Source: Candidatus Poribacteria bacterium (GTDB lineage Bacteria; Poribacteria; WGA-4E; WGA-3G). From it: 64,000 nucleotides of DNA. The position numbers were made by a program, and so were the translations under genes. A model generated the notes under the pieces. The model ran no database searches and had not been told where the DNA came from. It saw nothing but the letters and a program-made list of their open reading frames with translations. This document shows, piece after piece, positions 29,578 to 39,509 of the stretch. Each line of letters starts with the position of its first letter. The first letter of the stretch is position 1. Location of the stretch: assembly GCA_965198235.1 (NCBI GenBank), contig OZ240248.1, positions 1,376,001 to 1,440,000 on the forward strand, read 5' to 3'.

Positions 29578-30771
29578 ATGAAAATTACGGATGTAAAAAC
29601 AATTCTGACGGCACCCAACGGGACTCGGCTTGTTGTTGTTAAAATTGAAACGAGTGAACCCGGCTTATACGGAATCGGTTGTGCCACATTTACACAGCGT
29701 CCACTCGCTGTAGCAACCGCAGTCGATGAATATCTCAAGCCCTTTCTCATTGGGAAAGATCCGACGAACATAGAGGACATTTTCCAGACCAGTTTCGTCA
29801 GTTCCTATTGGCGGAATGGACCGGTCCTAAACAATGCCCTCAGCGGTGTAGACATCGCCTTGTGGGACATCATGGGCAAGCGTGCCAACATGCCTGTCTA
29901 CCAACTGCTCGGCGGTAAATGCCGAGACGCTGCGACGCTTTATGCGCACGCAGGCGGTGGCACTTTCGAGGAGGTAGAGGAGAGTATCCGCCGTTATATG
30001 GAGCAAGGCTATCGCTATGTCCGCGCACAGGTAGCAATACCGGGGTATTCGACTTACGGTGCAGGCGGTGGAAAGCGGAGTTCGCCTGCTTTTGAACCCA
30101 CTCCTTATGTCAATACCATCATCAAACTCTTCGATCATTTGCGGACGCATCTCGGCGACGAGGTGGAACTTCTCCACGACGTGCATGAGCGCATTCCGCC
30201 CATCCAAGCGATTAATCTCGCGAAAGGACTGGAACCGTATAACCTCTTCTTCCTTGAAGACCCGTTTGCACCCGAAGATGTCGACTATTTCCAACGAATG
30301 CGTCAACAGACGAGTATCCCGATTGCGATGGGTGAATTGTTCAACAACCCGAATGAGTACGTCCACCTTATCAAGGATCGGCTTATCGACTTTATCCGAG
30401 TGCATATCTCGCAAATCGGTGGTATCAGTCCTGCGCGTAAACTCGCCGCGTTCTGTGAATTCTTCGGTGTACGCACTGCATGGCACGGTCCTGGCGATGT
30501 TTCTCCAGTTGGGCATGCCGCCAATGTGGCACTGGATCTCGCGTGCTATAACTTCGGTATTCAGGAGCAGCATGTCTTCGGTGAAAATACCAAAGAGGTC
30601 TTCCCCGGTTGTCCCGAAATTCGAGATGGCTGTTTTTGGGTAAATGAGGCACCGGGACTCGGTATTGATTTAGATGAGGAACTCGCGGCACGATTCCCAT
30701 TTCCGGAGGATCCACTCAACGGCAGCTGGGCACCAGTGCGGCGAATGGACGGCACGGTTATCCGACCTTAG
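29578..30771 (+). CDS. RspA/mannonate dehydratase-like enolase superfamily enzyme
   Basis: SSYWRNGPV, LHDVHER, FLEDP, AMGE, AWHGPGD. Confidence 0.92.
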   Translation: MKITDVKTILTAPNGTRLVVVKIETSEPGLYGIGCATFTQRPLAVATAVDEYLKPFLIGKDPTNIEDIFQTSFVSSYWRNGPVLNNALSGVDIALWDIMGKRANMPVYQLLGGKCRDAATLYAHAGGGTFEEVEESIRRYMEQGYRYVRAQVAIPGYSTYGAGGGKRSSPAFEPTPYVNTIIKLFDHLRTHLGDEVELLHDVHERIPPIQAINLAKGLEPYNLFFLEDPFAPEDVDYFQRMRQQTSIPIAMGELFNNPNEYVHLIKDRLIDFIRVHISQIGGISPARKLAAFCEFFGVRTAWHGPGDVSPVGHAANVALDLACYNFGIQEQHVFGENTKEVFPGCPEIRDGCFWVNEAPGLGIDLDEELAARFPFPEDPLNGSWAPVRRMDGTVIRP

Positions 30772-31690
30772 TGTCGAACCCCAGCCGTTTTACTTCTGTC
30801 TGTAGGGAGATCCCTGTCTTTTCACGCACCTGTTCTTGGATGTAAGCGATCAAATCCAATACATCAGCCGCTGTTGCGTTGTCGATATTGAGGATAAAAT
30901 TCCCGTGTACTGTGGATACCTCTGCGCCACCGATACGATGACCTTTCAAACCGCTGATGTCGATCAGTCGTCCCGCGGAATCACCGGGTGGATTTTTGAA
31001 CATACATCCCGCATTCTCTTCAGCGAAGGGTTGCGTTTCAACTTTCTGTTTGTAGAATGCTTGCATCTGTGCCGTGATTGTGTCAGCGTTCCCGGGTTCG
31101 AGTCTCAGCGTCGCGCCTGTAACACAGAAATAGGCATCCAAACCGCTGTGTCGGTATTCAAAGTCTGCCTCGGCGTGGGTTAAGTTGACGAGTTCACCGG
31201 TGTCGTTCATGACCGTGACATCTGTGACGACATCTCCGAAACTACTCCCCCATGCGCCAGCGTTCATAATCAGTGCCCCGCCGACGGAACCGGGGATGCC
31301 GAGCGCAAATTCCACACCACTCAGACCGCGTCGCGACATCGTTTTTGAGAGTCGCGGCAGTGAGAGACCTGCGCCGACCGAAACGACGTTCCCATCAACC
31401 TCCAGTTTTGCTAACTCCCCGACTAATCTGATGCCGATGCCGTTGAAGCCGGTATCGCTCACCAACAGATTTGAGCCACGACCAATAATTGCGACCGGAA
31501 CATTCCACTCCCGATGAAAACGTGCCACTGCTGCCAATTCGGTTGTCGTGCTGACTTCAATGTAAGCAGTGGCTTCACCACCGATGCCGAAGTAGGTATG
31601 CTTTGCGAGAGGTTCCGCAAACCGGAGTGTTTTTGCTTGGGCGTTTCCCGAATCCTTTACGATGCCCAGTAGCGCATCTTTCCAATCCAT
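30758..31690 (-). CDS. murB: UDP-N-acetylmuramate dehydrogenase
   Basis: IGGEA, GRGSNLLV, GIPGSVGGALIMNAGA, YRHS, FKNP, HGNF. Confidence 0.96.
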   Translation of the reverse strand: MDWKDALLGIVKDSGNAQAKTLRFAEPLAKHTYFGIGGEATAYIEVSTTTELAAVARFHREWNVPVAIIGRGSNLLVSDTGFNGIGIRLVGELAKLEVDGNVVSVGAGLSLPRLSKTMSRRGLSGVEFALGIPGSVGGALIMNAGAWGSSFGDVVTDVTVMNDTGELVNLTHAEADFEYRHSGLDAYFCVTGATLRLEPGNADTITAQMQAFYKQKVETQPFAEENAGCMFKNPPGDSAGRLIDISGLKGHRIGGAEVSTVHGNFILNIDNATAADVLDLIAYIQEQVREKTGISLQTEVKRLGFDTKVG

Positions 31691-31740
31691 TCTGCCCTCC
31701 CTTTTTCTCTATTATTGAGGTATTCAGTTAGCGGTGTTGT

Positions 31741-32295
31741 TCACCTGCATTTCAACATTAAATTCCTTTTTCCGTATCCGTAGGTCAAAGTATAGAAGCG
31801 TAATGCCGATGATCCAAATTGGAAAAGCGAGCGTTGCAACGACTGAAGCTGTCCATCGGTAACAGACGAACCCGGAGTCCACACAGGTATAGGGTCTATC
31901 ACAGAAAATATAGTAAAACTGATCCTGATCCTTGATATATCAAAGGCCAAGCTCCATGCAAGAAAAGCCGCTAACACGTGCCAAAACCGATGTAAGGTTT
32001 GCTTCAATGCGTCGCGGCTTGTAATATGCCCAGATAAATAAATTGTAGCTGTCGCGATGATTATTCCACCCATGCTTACAAGTGCAAAAGGCATACCAAC
32101 AAAGTCTGTTAGGATGTCTTTTAGACGAAAATCAGGAAGAAAACGCGTTAACAAATATTCCACTAAGCTTCCGCAAAAATTCAGGGAAATAATGCCAAGG
32201 AATAGCAAAAAATGTTTCCGATAGAGATTGAACGTTATACCCAGAATACCACCAAACCCCATCAGTTGGCGGGCGGACGTATCGCTGTTGTGCAT
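31741..32295 (-). pseudogene. Membrane protein, probably 3'-truncated
   Basis: Three to four hydrophobic segments followed by a degenerate tail; lower GC. Confidence 0.45.
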
Positions 32296-32363
32296 CTATA
32301 TATCCCCTCATTGGGCGGGCAGTGTCTAATGGACGCTGGGTTACGGCACGCGGAGCGTGCCTA

Positions 32364-32869
32364 CTACTTTAATGAAGGTAATCCGTTAACAATATCCACC
32401 GTTTCTAAACTCACCGTAGTAACCTGTCCAATCAAAGGGAGGATATATTCTGGATCTTTCTCACGATTCGGGTTGTTGACGATGCCGCTCCGTTTGTCTA
32501 TCTTCACGCGATACTGATCCACTACCCACTCCAACTCAGAACGATTGCCTAACCGATACTCAAACACCCTCGCCGGGATCCTCTCTAACGTGAGGAAGTC
32601 GTTGTATTTCAAACGCGTTTTATCTTTGGAGGATTTCATCCGCTCCACAGACAAATCCACTTGCATCCCCGGGGTCTCATCTGTGGAGTGTAGCGTGTCT
32701 TTTCACAGACGAGGATGAGGTCTATTTGTCGACAGTAGTGTTGGAGTAAATTTTGGAAGGCAATTCGGACTGCGCCTTCATGTTCTGCGCCGACCTTCGC
32801 GTATTCCTCAAGTTCGATGTAGTAGTTTTTGATGGGTTTATGTGTCGGTTTGATGCTGCGTGTTGGCAC
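32364..32869 (-). pseudogene. Internally deleted Type ISP/IIG-like restriction-modification gene
   Basis: N-terminal HEGAVRIAFQNLL joined out of frame near 32680 to C-terminal YNDFLTL...EYRLGNRS.LEWVVDQY. Confidence 0.75.
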
Positions 32870-33299
32870 GACATTTTCTCCGTGTATTTTTGTCAATTGA
32901 ATTTGGAACAATGCCAATTATACATGGATGTGAAGGGCAATTGCAAGAGAAATTGTAGAGGCTATAAACATGCCACCCCGCTCGGGAAAACCGGCGGGGT
33001 TAGATGAAGTTTTAAAAAATATTGGAGAATAATTCTCAACCGGGAAGTATCTGTGATCCTGAAAATCCCGGTTCAGACAATTACCATCCCACATTACCGA
33101 ATTAAATTCTGAATCTTCATGAAACCTCGCCTACCAATATTAAGTTGCTATAAACATGTCCTCTCATTGGCAGGAAAAATTAAAAAAAACGAACTTTTTC
33201 TCAACGGGTCTGACTAAAGATGCAAAACTAAATTGTGGACACCTTTGAAAAAAGATTGGAGGTATTCACACAATCAAAATTCCAATAGGAGAAAAGAAA

Positions 33300-33812
33300 A
33301 TGAAGCAGAAATTTTTTGCAGTTGGTGCAATCGCAGTTATCGCAATCGTGGGTTTGTTTGTTTTTGAACATGCAACGTCGGCGCAACGACCGGATCGGAA
33401 CGCACAAGGTCAACGTGGAAACCGTCAGGGCGGTCAACGAGGCGGCGGTGGAATGGCGGGAATGATGAACTATGTGTCTCTTGTTGATAACTCTTGGATT
33501 GATTTGTCGTTTGGTGTGAAAGTGGACGATGAAACGCTTGTAAAGGCGCGCCCCATCTATCAGGCGAGTCGGGACGAAGTCACGATGAAAATGGAAGAGT
33601 TACGTCAACCCGGTATGCGTGAAACTGCAACAAAGGAGATCCAGGCAATTCTCCAGAAGGTCAACACGAGTCTCAAAGAGATTTTGACTGAAGAGGAGAT
33701 GGCAAAGTTATCAGAACTAACGAAGAAGCGGATTACAGAAATGCAGCAACGTATGAACCGTTGGCGTGGCGGCGGGGATCGTCGCGGTGGTGGTGGTGGC
33801 GGTAGTCAGTAG
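33300..33812 (+). CDS. Secreted helical hypothetical protein with Gly/Arg-rich ends
   Basis: Signal peptide, AGGAG SD, EILTEEE motif reminiscent of Spy/LTXXQ proteins. Confidence 0.8.
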   Translation: MKQKFFAVGAIAVIAIVGLFVFEHATSAQRPDRNAQGQRGNRQGGQRGGGGMAGMMNYVSLVDNSWIDLSFGVKVDDETLVKARPIYQASRDEVTMKMEELRQPGMRETATKEIQAILQKVNTSLKEILTEEEMAKLSELTKKRITEMQQRMNRWRGGGDRRGGGGGGSQ

Positions 33813-33858
33813 TCGTCGCACAGCAGCAAATGCAAGTCTCATTCGTTATTACCACTCC

Positions 33859-33890
33859 AGGTCGGGCTTTTTGCCCGACCTTTCCTTTTT
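33859..33890 (+). terminator. Intrinsic terminator
   Basis: AGGTCGGGC-TTTTT-GCCCGACCT stem followed by TTCCTTTTT. Confidence 0.8.
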
Positions 33891-34004
33891 ATAGTAAAGC
33901 CCGAAAATATGTAGACAGTTGTTCAGCGAATCACCCCCACCGCCGCTGGCGAGGTTTTTAACGATCTTCCGTCAAATCCCTATGCCTTGTATCGCTACCA
34001 CCTT

Positions 34005-34169
34005 ATTATTTTGCAGGCTGGGGTACCCAGGACAAGAATGCCTGATAAAACCGATCTGATTCGGAATAATAGCCTGCGGGTGGAGCGATAATAAGACGTT
34101 CAAACCTCTGGTGAGAACGCAGTCGCTATGAAACCGAAGCCCCACGCTTTAGCGTGTGGGTGGTATCAC
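34005..34169 (+). mobile_element. IS200/IS605-type right end with TnpB omegaRNA scaffold, tnpB absent
   Basis: GGTGGAGCGA..TAAGAC-hairpin-CAGTCGCTATGAAACC, subterminal hairpin CCCACGCTTTAGCGTGTGGG, ends in TCAC. Confidence 0.75.
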
Positions 34170-36668
34170 TAGTTAGAAACGCGTTCTTCAACCCAATCGA
34201 GTATCATCTCACGGTTTTCGGTATCGCCGTGTTGCTGGAACCAATTAGCGAGTTGTCTACCTGTTTCAATAAGGAGCGAATCCATCTCTTCAGATTTGCC
34301 AGGTTTTTTGACAGAAGTCAGCGCAAGTTGATATTTTTCGACCGCCACAGTCGGCTGTTTTCGATACATTAGAGAAATAGCAAGGAGGCATCGGACCTTG
34401 ACGAGGGTATCCTCTCTCATTTTATTGCCACGTCTGCGGATCAACTGAGATTCTAACGACAGTAGATTCCTAAAAGCGGGCATGTTAATCGGATCTTTCC
34501 GCAGGACGGTTTCAAAACCAGCGAACGCTTTCGCATGTTCACCTTTCACAAGATGGAGGTAACCGATAGTGTTGTAAATCTCAATGTCGCGCTCAGATTC
34601 GGGAATCGCCTCAAATTCAGCGAGCGCGGCGGTGTGCTGCCGTTGCCGCATGAGAGCGTTACCACGTCGGATTTTCAGGTTAATCTGCTCCTCCTTTGCC
34701 TGTAGATTTTCTGGTGCTTGTGCCAAAACACGCGATATTTCCAGAGCGGCACGCTCATAGTCTTCAGCACCTTGGTAGGCGTTCGCCAGACTCAACCGTA
34801 AATTCAGATCGGTAGGCACGAGCCGAAGTGCCTCTTCAAGCAGTTGGATCGCAGTCGCGTAATCTCCTGCATCGCTGAGGCTCTCGCGCATAATGATGAT
34901 AGGCCGCGATGAGGTTGTGTGAGGCATGTTCGGCGTTAGGGGTGGCGTTGTAGACGTGCTGAAATACCGACAATGCATCGGCATAATCGCCTTTTTTCAG
35001 ATATAATTCCCCAAGTAAATTACGAATATGCATTTCGTGCGGATGGAGTTTCTGCAATTCGAGATACGCCTCCACAGCTTCGTCTAATTCACCTGCTTCA
35101 CTATGTGCATTCGCCTTTCGAGTAAATGCATCGCTCAGGTTAGTTCGGGCAATTTGGAGCGTTGGCATCAACCGTAAAGCGTTGCGATACGCATCAATCG
35201 CCTCGTCCCATTTCTCACGGTTTCGTAGCGATACACCGTAATTGTTATAGCATTGTGCGAAGTTTTGCTGTGTCAGTGCGTCAACGGGATTAAGGTCGAT
35301 CGCTTTCTGATAATAGCTGATCGCCTTTTCAAATTGTCCGGCTTGGGCGTATCCGTTGCCCATGAGTTGAAAGGTAGGCGCGTCGAGAGGCACCATCTGC
35401 AGTACCTTTTCAAAAGTGGTAGTGGCGGTCTCGAAGTCTTTTGATGCCAGTGCTTTGAATCCTTTGGCTCGGAGGAGTTGATGTAGGTTTCGCCGTGCGG
35501 CTTTGTGATACGGTGCAATGTGAAGTGCCTTTTCAAACGCCTGTATCGCTTTCTCAGCATCTTTTTTCTCATAATAGAAGATGCCGAGCGTGTTGTAATC
35601 CGCTGGCGACGGTTTCTGGGTGATCCGTTTCTCAAGAAGAGCGATCGCCTCATGCGTTTCGTCTGTTTCATGGTAGGCTTGGATCAGTTTCTCTATTGCG
35701 GGTTGAAAATTGGCATCTAACTGTCTGCAGGTTTGAAAACTGTCGATTGCGGATGCTGTATCGCCTTTGTCAAAGTAGACGGTTCCGAGCAGGTAATGTG
35801 AACGGAGATGTTTTTTAATGTCTGCATAGGGTTTCTGTTCAATCTCCGCTTTCAGCATATCTATAGCGATGTCGTGTTGCGGCGTATCGAGAGGTGTCCT
35901 ATAAAGTCTCCGCAACGTGGTTATATCGCGAGCGGTCGGCTGTTGTGCTATTGCTGTCGGGTAGCTGATGTCGCCTGGGTGTGGACTGTGTCCCCATAAC
36001 CCGATTGCGTGTCCGAACTCATGAAGACACACCGTACGCATCTCTTCCTGCGAGAGTTCCCCGATAGTCGCATCCCCTTCTAACATGAGGATCACCTCGA
36101 CTGTAAATTGGCTCTTGGCTCTCGGCTGTCCACTGTCGGCGTTTGGTTGGAAGGTTGCCAGATTGGAAGATTCGGGGGCACCCAACCTTCCATTCTTCCT
36201 TTCTTCCATCCGAGAGTCTTCCACTCTCTGCTGATGGCTGACGGCTGACGGCTGATCGCTATTCTGCTGATCGCTATTCTGGAGGCGCGTGAGTTCCGCG
36301 CTGCCGAGTCTGGTGTCCTGAAAGTCAGTGAGGAGACCGGTGTAGCCCCAACTGACGCGAATGTCTGCGTTCTGAGGTATCTCTGTTTCTTCAAAACGGA
36401 TGTTGCCGTCACTGGCAGTGTGCCATGTTTGCAGAGCATATCGAATTTCAGGTAAGTACGGACTCTCTCTTAGGACAGGGGAGATGTACACCCGAATCGG
36501 CATTTCTGTAAAACGGGTGATCCTTCCCTGAGAGAAGAGTGTGATGTAGTCAAAATAGTCCGTATTCGCCGATGAGGAAGCTTCCTGCGCTGTTGCATTA
36601 TTGAGAAGGATAAAGGCAAATACTATGAAGGTAACAACGAAAAATGTCTGTAAAACTCTGGTTTGCAT
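34169..36668 (-). pseudogene. Secreted matrixin (M10-like) metalloprotease + TPR protein with one frameshift near 34885
   Basis: Signal peptide, HEFGHAIGLWGHS, many TPRs; two overlapping ORFs join if one base is removed. Confidence 0.8.
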
Positions 36669-36695
36669 AAAAAACTTTTCCTTTTCCGCGATGAA

Positions 36696-37853
36696 TTAAC
36701 TCCGACTTGCCAGTTTATTTGAGAAGATGCTGATTAATCCGCCTAACATCAAATATCCGAAAATGACTTCCAGTGTAACAAGAAAGCGCGCAGCGGCGTT
36801 GTCCGCGACGACATCACCGAAACCGAGCGTCGTGAAAGTAACAATGCTGAAATAGAAGCAGTTCCAGAAAGTTAACGGCTCGCCGCTATAGGCACCCGTC
36901 GATTGATGAAAGCGGGGAGTCCAATTTTGCACCCAGGTTGGCATCCACGTCGGGAGCGGCATGTACGCAAGTGCGAACAGAAACGCAAAGAAAAGAGACC
37001 AGAACGCCCAGAGTGCCAGACTCCGACCGTAGTCGGAGCTCCATCGCCATAACTTTGCCAATATGGGGTTTGCCTGGTTGAACGCACGTATGAACTGCTG
37101 ATCACCGACATATCGTTTGAAGAAAGGGTTCGCGACCTCGTCTATATGTCGGCTATCTAAATAGAATTCGGTGGGACGATGCTGTTTTCTGCCAAGCTTG
37201 GCTTTCACTGCGTGAAAGAGTGTGTCAGGGATATAGTGAACGTCGCGAAAGGCAGCGACAGAGATGAACTGCGCGGCGGTAAAATTGGCGGTGCCGAGAA
37301 AAGTGGCGTTATTGAACGCTGTCGTTTCAGGAAACCATGCCCCTGTGCAGTCAAGGACGCCTTGGAACAGCACACGACGAAAATTGACTTCATTTAGGAA
37401 GGTAACCTCATGAAAGACGGCGTTTTCACTGAATTGAACCCTATGGAAATCGGCGACGTTGTTAAATCTCGCCCGCCAGAAACTCGTACTCTTGTGGAAA
37501 ATTGCGCTGTGAAAATCGGCACGCCTTTGGAAGATGGCTTCACGGAACGCGCAGGGACCGTGTAAAATGGCTTCATCGAAATCGAGGTCTCCCTCAAAGA
37601 GGGTACGCCGAAAGTCCACCTCTTCTTGGAAGACGACCGTCCGAAAGTTGACGATGTTTTTAAACGTACATCCAATGCAAGAGAGTTTCTTATTAAGGAG
37701 TATCCGGTCATTTTCGTCCCGTTCCAATTCAATAAAAAAGAGGTCAACGATGCCTTCAATCGTGCAATTCGTGAAGGTAACGGATACGGCATCGCTTTGT
37801 AATGCCTCAAGAAAGGTTTGTGCTTTGATTGTTTCTCCGTGCTTCTCGTACAT
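36696..37853 (-). CDS. Pentapeptide-repeat protein with C-terminal 2-TM potassium-channel domain
   Basis: AxFxxAxF repeats; YFSIVTFTTLGFGD filter flanked by TM helices. Confidence 0.9.
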   Translation of the reverse strand: MYEKHGETIKAQTFLEALQSDAVSVTFTNCTIEGIVDLFFIELERDENDRILLNKKLSCIGCTFKNIVNFRTVVFQEEVDFRRTLFEGDLDFDEAILHGPCAFREAIFQRRADFHSAIFHKSTSFWRARFNNVADFHRVQFSENAVFHEVTFLNEVNFRRVLFQGVLDCTGAWFPETTAFNNATFLGTANFTAAQFISVAAFRDVHYIPDTLFHAVKAKLGRKQHRPTEFYLDSRHIDEVANPFFKRYVGDQQFIRAFNQANPILAKLWRWSSDYGRSLALWAFWSLFFAFLFALAYMPLPTWMPTWVQNWTPRFHQSTGAYSGEPLTFWNCFYFSIVTFTTLGFGDVVADNAAARFLVTLEVIFGYLMLGGLISIFSNKLASRS

Positions 37854-37911
37854 CTGTTTCTTTAACCTTGATTTTGTGTTTTATATAATCGAACGGAAGG
37901 TTTGTGCTGTG

Positions 37912-39426
37912 TTAAAAACCTGTCAGAAGGTCGGCGAGCGGATTCTGGAGAATCGATTTCATTTTCGGTTGGACAATAGCACGGCTTATCCCGTCTTTGA
38001 GATGATAAACTTCCACATCTTCAGGCATTAACCAACATAACTTTGGGACACGCGCCTCCATTTTAGCAGCAGCTTCTGGATTCTTCTTTGACCGTCGTCC
38101 GGCGGTTAGGAGGTTTTTAAGAACCGCCAAAAGATACGGACTATGGGTCGTCATAACGATCTGGCTATCAATGTGATTTCGCATCAAGGCGATGATGTGC
38201 ATGAGGTGTTTCTGGGTTGTTGGATGGAGGTGTGCTTCGGGTTCTTCGATCACACGAAAAATCATTTCGTTGTAAAGCATACTCATGAAGACATCTTGTA
38301 GGATTCGAATGAGATTTTGCTGCCCTGTCGATGCGTTTTCTAAAAAAGTTGTGTTCTCACCGGTTGGGTGCGAAAAAAGTCGGGATTGAGAAATTTTGTC
38401 TATTGTTTCATATTCACCGTTTAAGATGAGGGAAATCTTCTTAAGCAAGAATTCCATTATCCGTTTATCGACTTCTCCTGATTCTTCCTCAATTCTTTCG
38501 TCAAAGAGGCTCCGAAAGTTCTGTGTGCTAAAAGTATCGAGGAATTCTTCATTTTTTTCCAAAAAGCGTGCGATGAGATGAAGATTGGCACGTGAACGGG
38601 TTGCAGTGCGCGTATGAAGATCGCTTTTTATGCCACCATAGAAGATTCTTTTAAGGGCATCTGGGTAGTTAGCAGCGATATTCCTATCTGCAGGAATAAA
38701 GAGACTGTCGCGATGTTTACCGGCTAATTTCTCGGTGATGTCACTCATTCCGATCGCCATATTCAAAATGTAATGGAACTGATCGGTGTTTTTATTTTTC
38801 TGAGACTCATCCTCTGAAGCCACATCTGTTTCTTCACGTGAGTCGGATTCCGTCGTAACGCTGTGAGACTGTTTTATGTCAACACTTTTCAGTTTCTCCA
38901 GTAAGTTGTAACAGAGGTCTTCAACTTCGTCCATAACAGCGGGTAATTCGATATGGAGCGTTTCCTCATCAGTTAACGTCAGCCTGATGGCACTTTCTGC
39001 TGTATAGTGGTAAGTGATTTCAAACGGTTTTGTAGTTTCCACCTCTTCCACGGTTGATTTTTGTTCGTTAGTGTTTTTGCTTGGGGTTTTTGCTTGGGGT
39101 TTTTGATTGGGTGTTTCCTCTGCGGATTTCCCCAGTTTTGGAAATCCTGTGGCATCACCAAAAAACTCACGGAATTTACGAGCAATTTGTGTCCGAAACA
39201 CTATTGGCAGTTCTTGTCCGGGTGTTTTCAGGTGTTCTGGTGGGTAGGAATTAATTTGTCTGATGTATTGCCGAAAGTCGCGGATTAACTCTTGAAAAAG
39301 GTAGAGCAACTTCGCGAGAACACTTTTCCCGCTGGCGGTTTCACCGATGAAAATCACCAAGGTTTTATCCATATCGATTTCTGCTTCGCGGATATTTATA
39401 AAATTTTTGACAACCAGTTTAGGCAT
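37912..39426 (-). CDS. AAA_15/AAA_21-type ABC-like ATPase
   Basis: GETASGKS, FIPADR, ASTGQQ, IEEPEAHLHP, TTHSPY; GGAGG SD. Confidence 0.88.
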   Translation of the reverse strand: MPKLVVKNFINIREAEIDMDKTLVIFIGETASGKSVLAKLLYLFQELIRDFRQYIRQINSYPPEHLKTPGQELPIVFRTQIARKFREFFGDATGFPKLGKSAEETPNQKPQAKTPSKNTNEQKSTVEEVETTKPFEITYHYTAESAIRLTLTDEETLHIELPAVMDEVEDLCYNLLEKLKSVDIKQSHSVTTESDSREETDVASEDESQKNKNTDQFHYILNMAIGMSDITEKLAGKHRDSLFIPADRNIAANYPDALKRIFYGGIKSDLHTRTATRSRANLHLIARFLEKNEEFLDTFSTQNFRSLFDERIEEESGEVDKRIMEFLLKKISLILNGEYETIDKISQSRLFSHPTGENTTFLENASTGQQNLIRILQDVFMSMLYNEMIFRVIEEPEAHLHPTTQKHLMHIIALMRNHIDSQIVMTTHSPYLLAVLKNLLTAGRRSKKNPEAAAKMEARVPKLCWLMPEDVEVYHLKDGISRAIVQPKMKSILQNPLADLLTGF

Positions 39427-39509
39427 GGAGCCTCCAGGAAGGGGTAGAGTGTCGCTTGCAAACCGATTGCATCGTCGGTTTCCAAGCGGAATAACAGGCA
39501 ATCTTGTGG

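Noticed and set aside
29827-30573. Long antisense ORF (248 aa) and similar shadow ORFs
   Set aside because: Fully overlaps a well-supported gene and has no recognisable motifs
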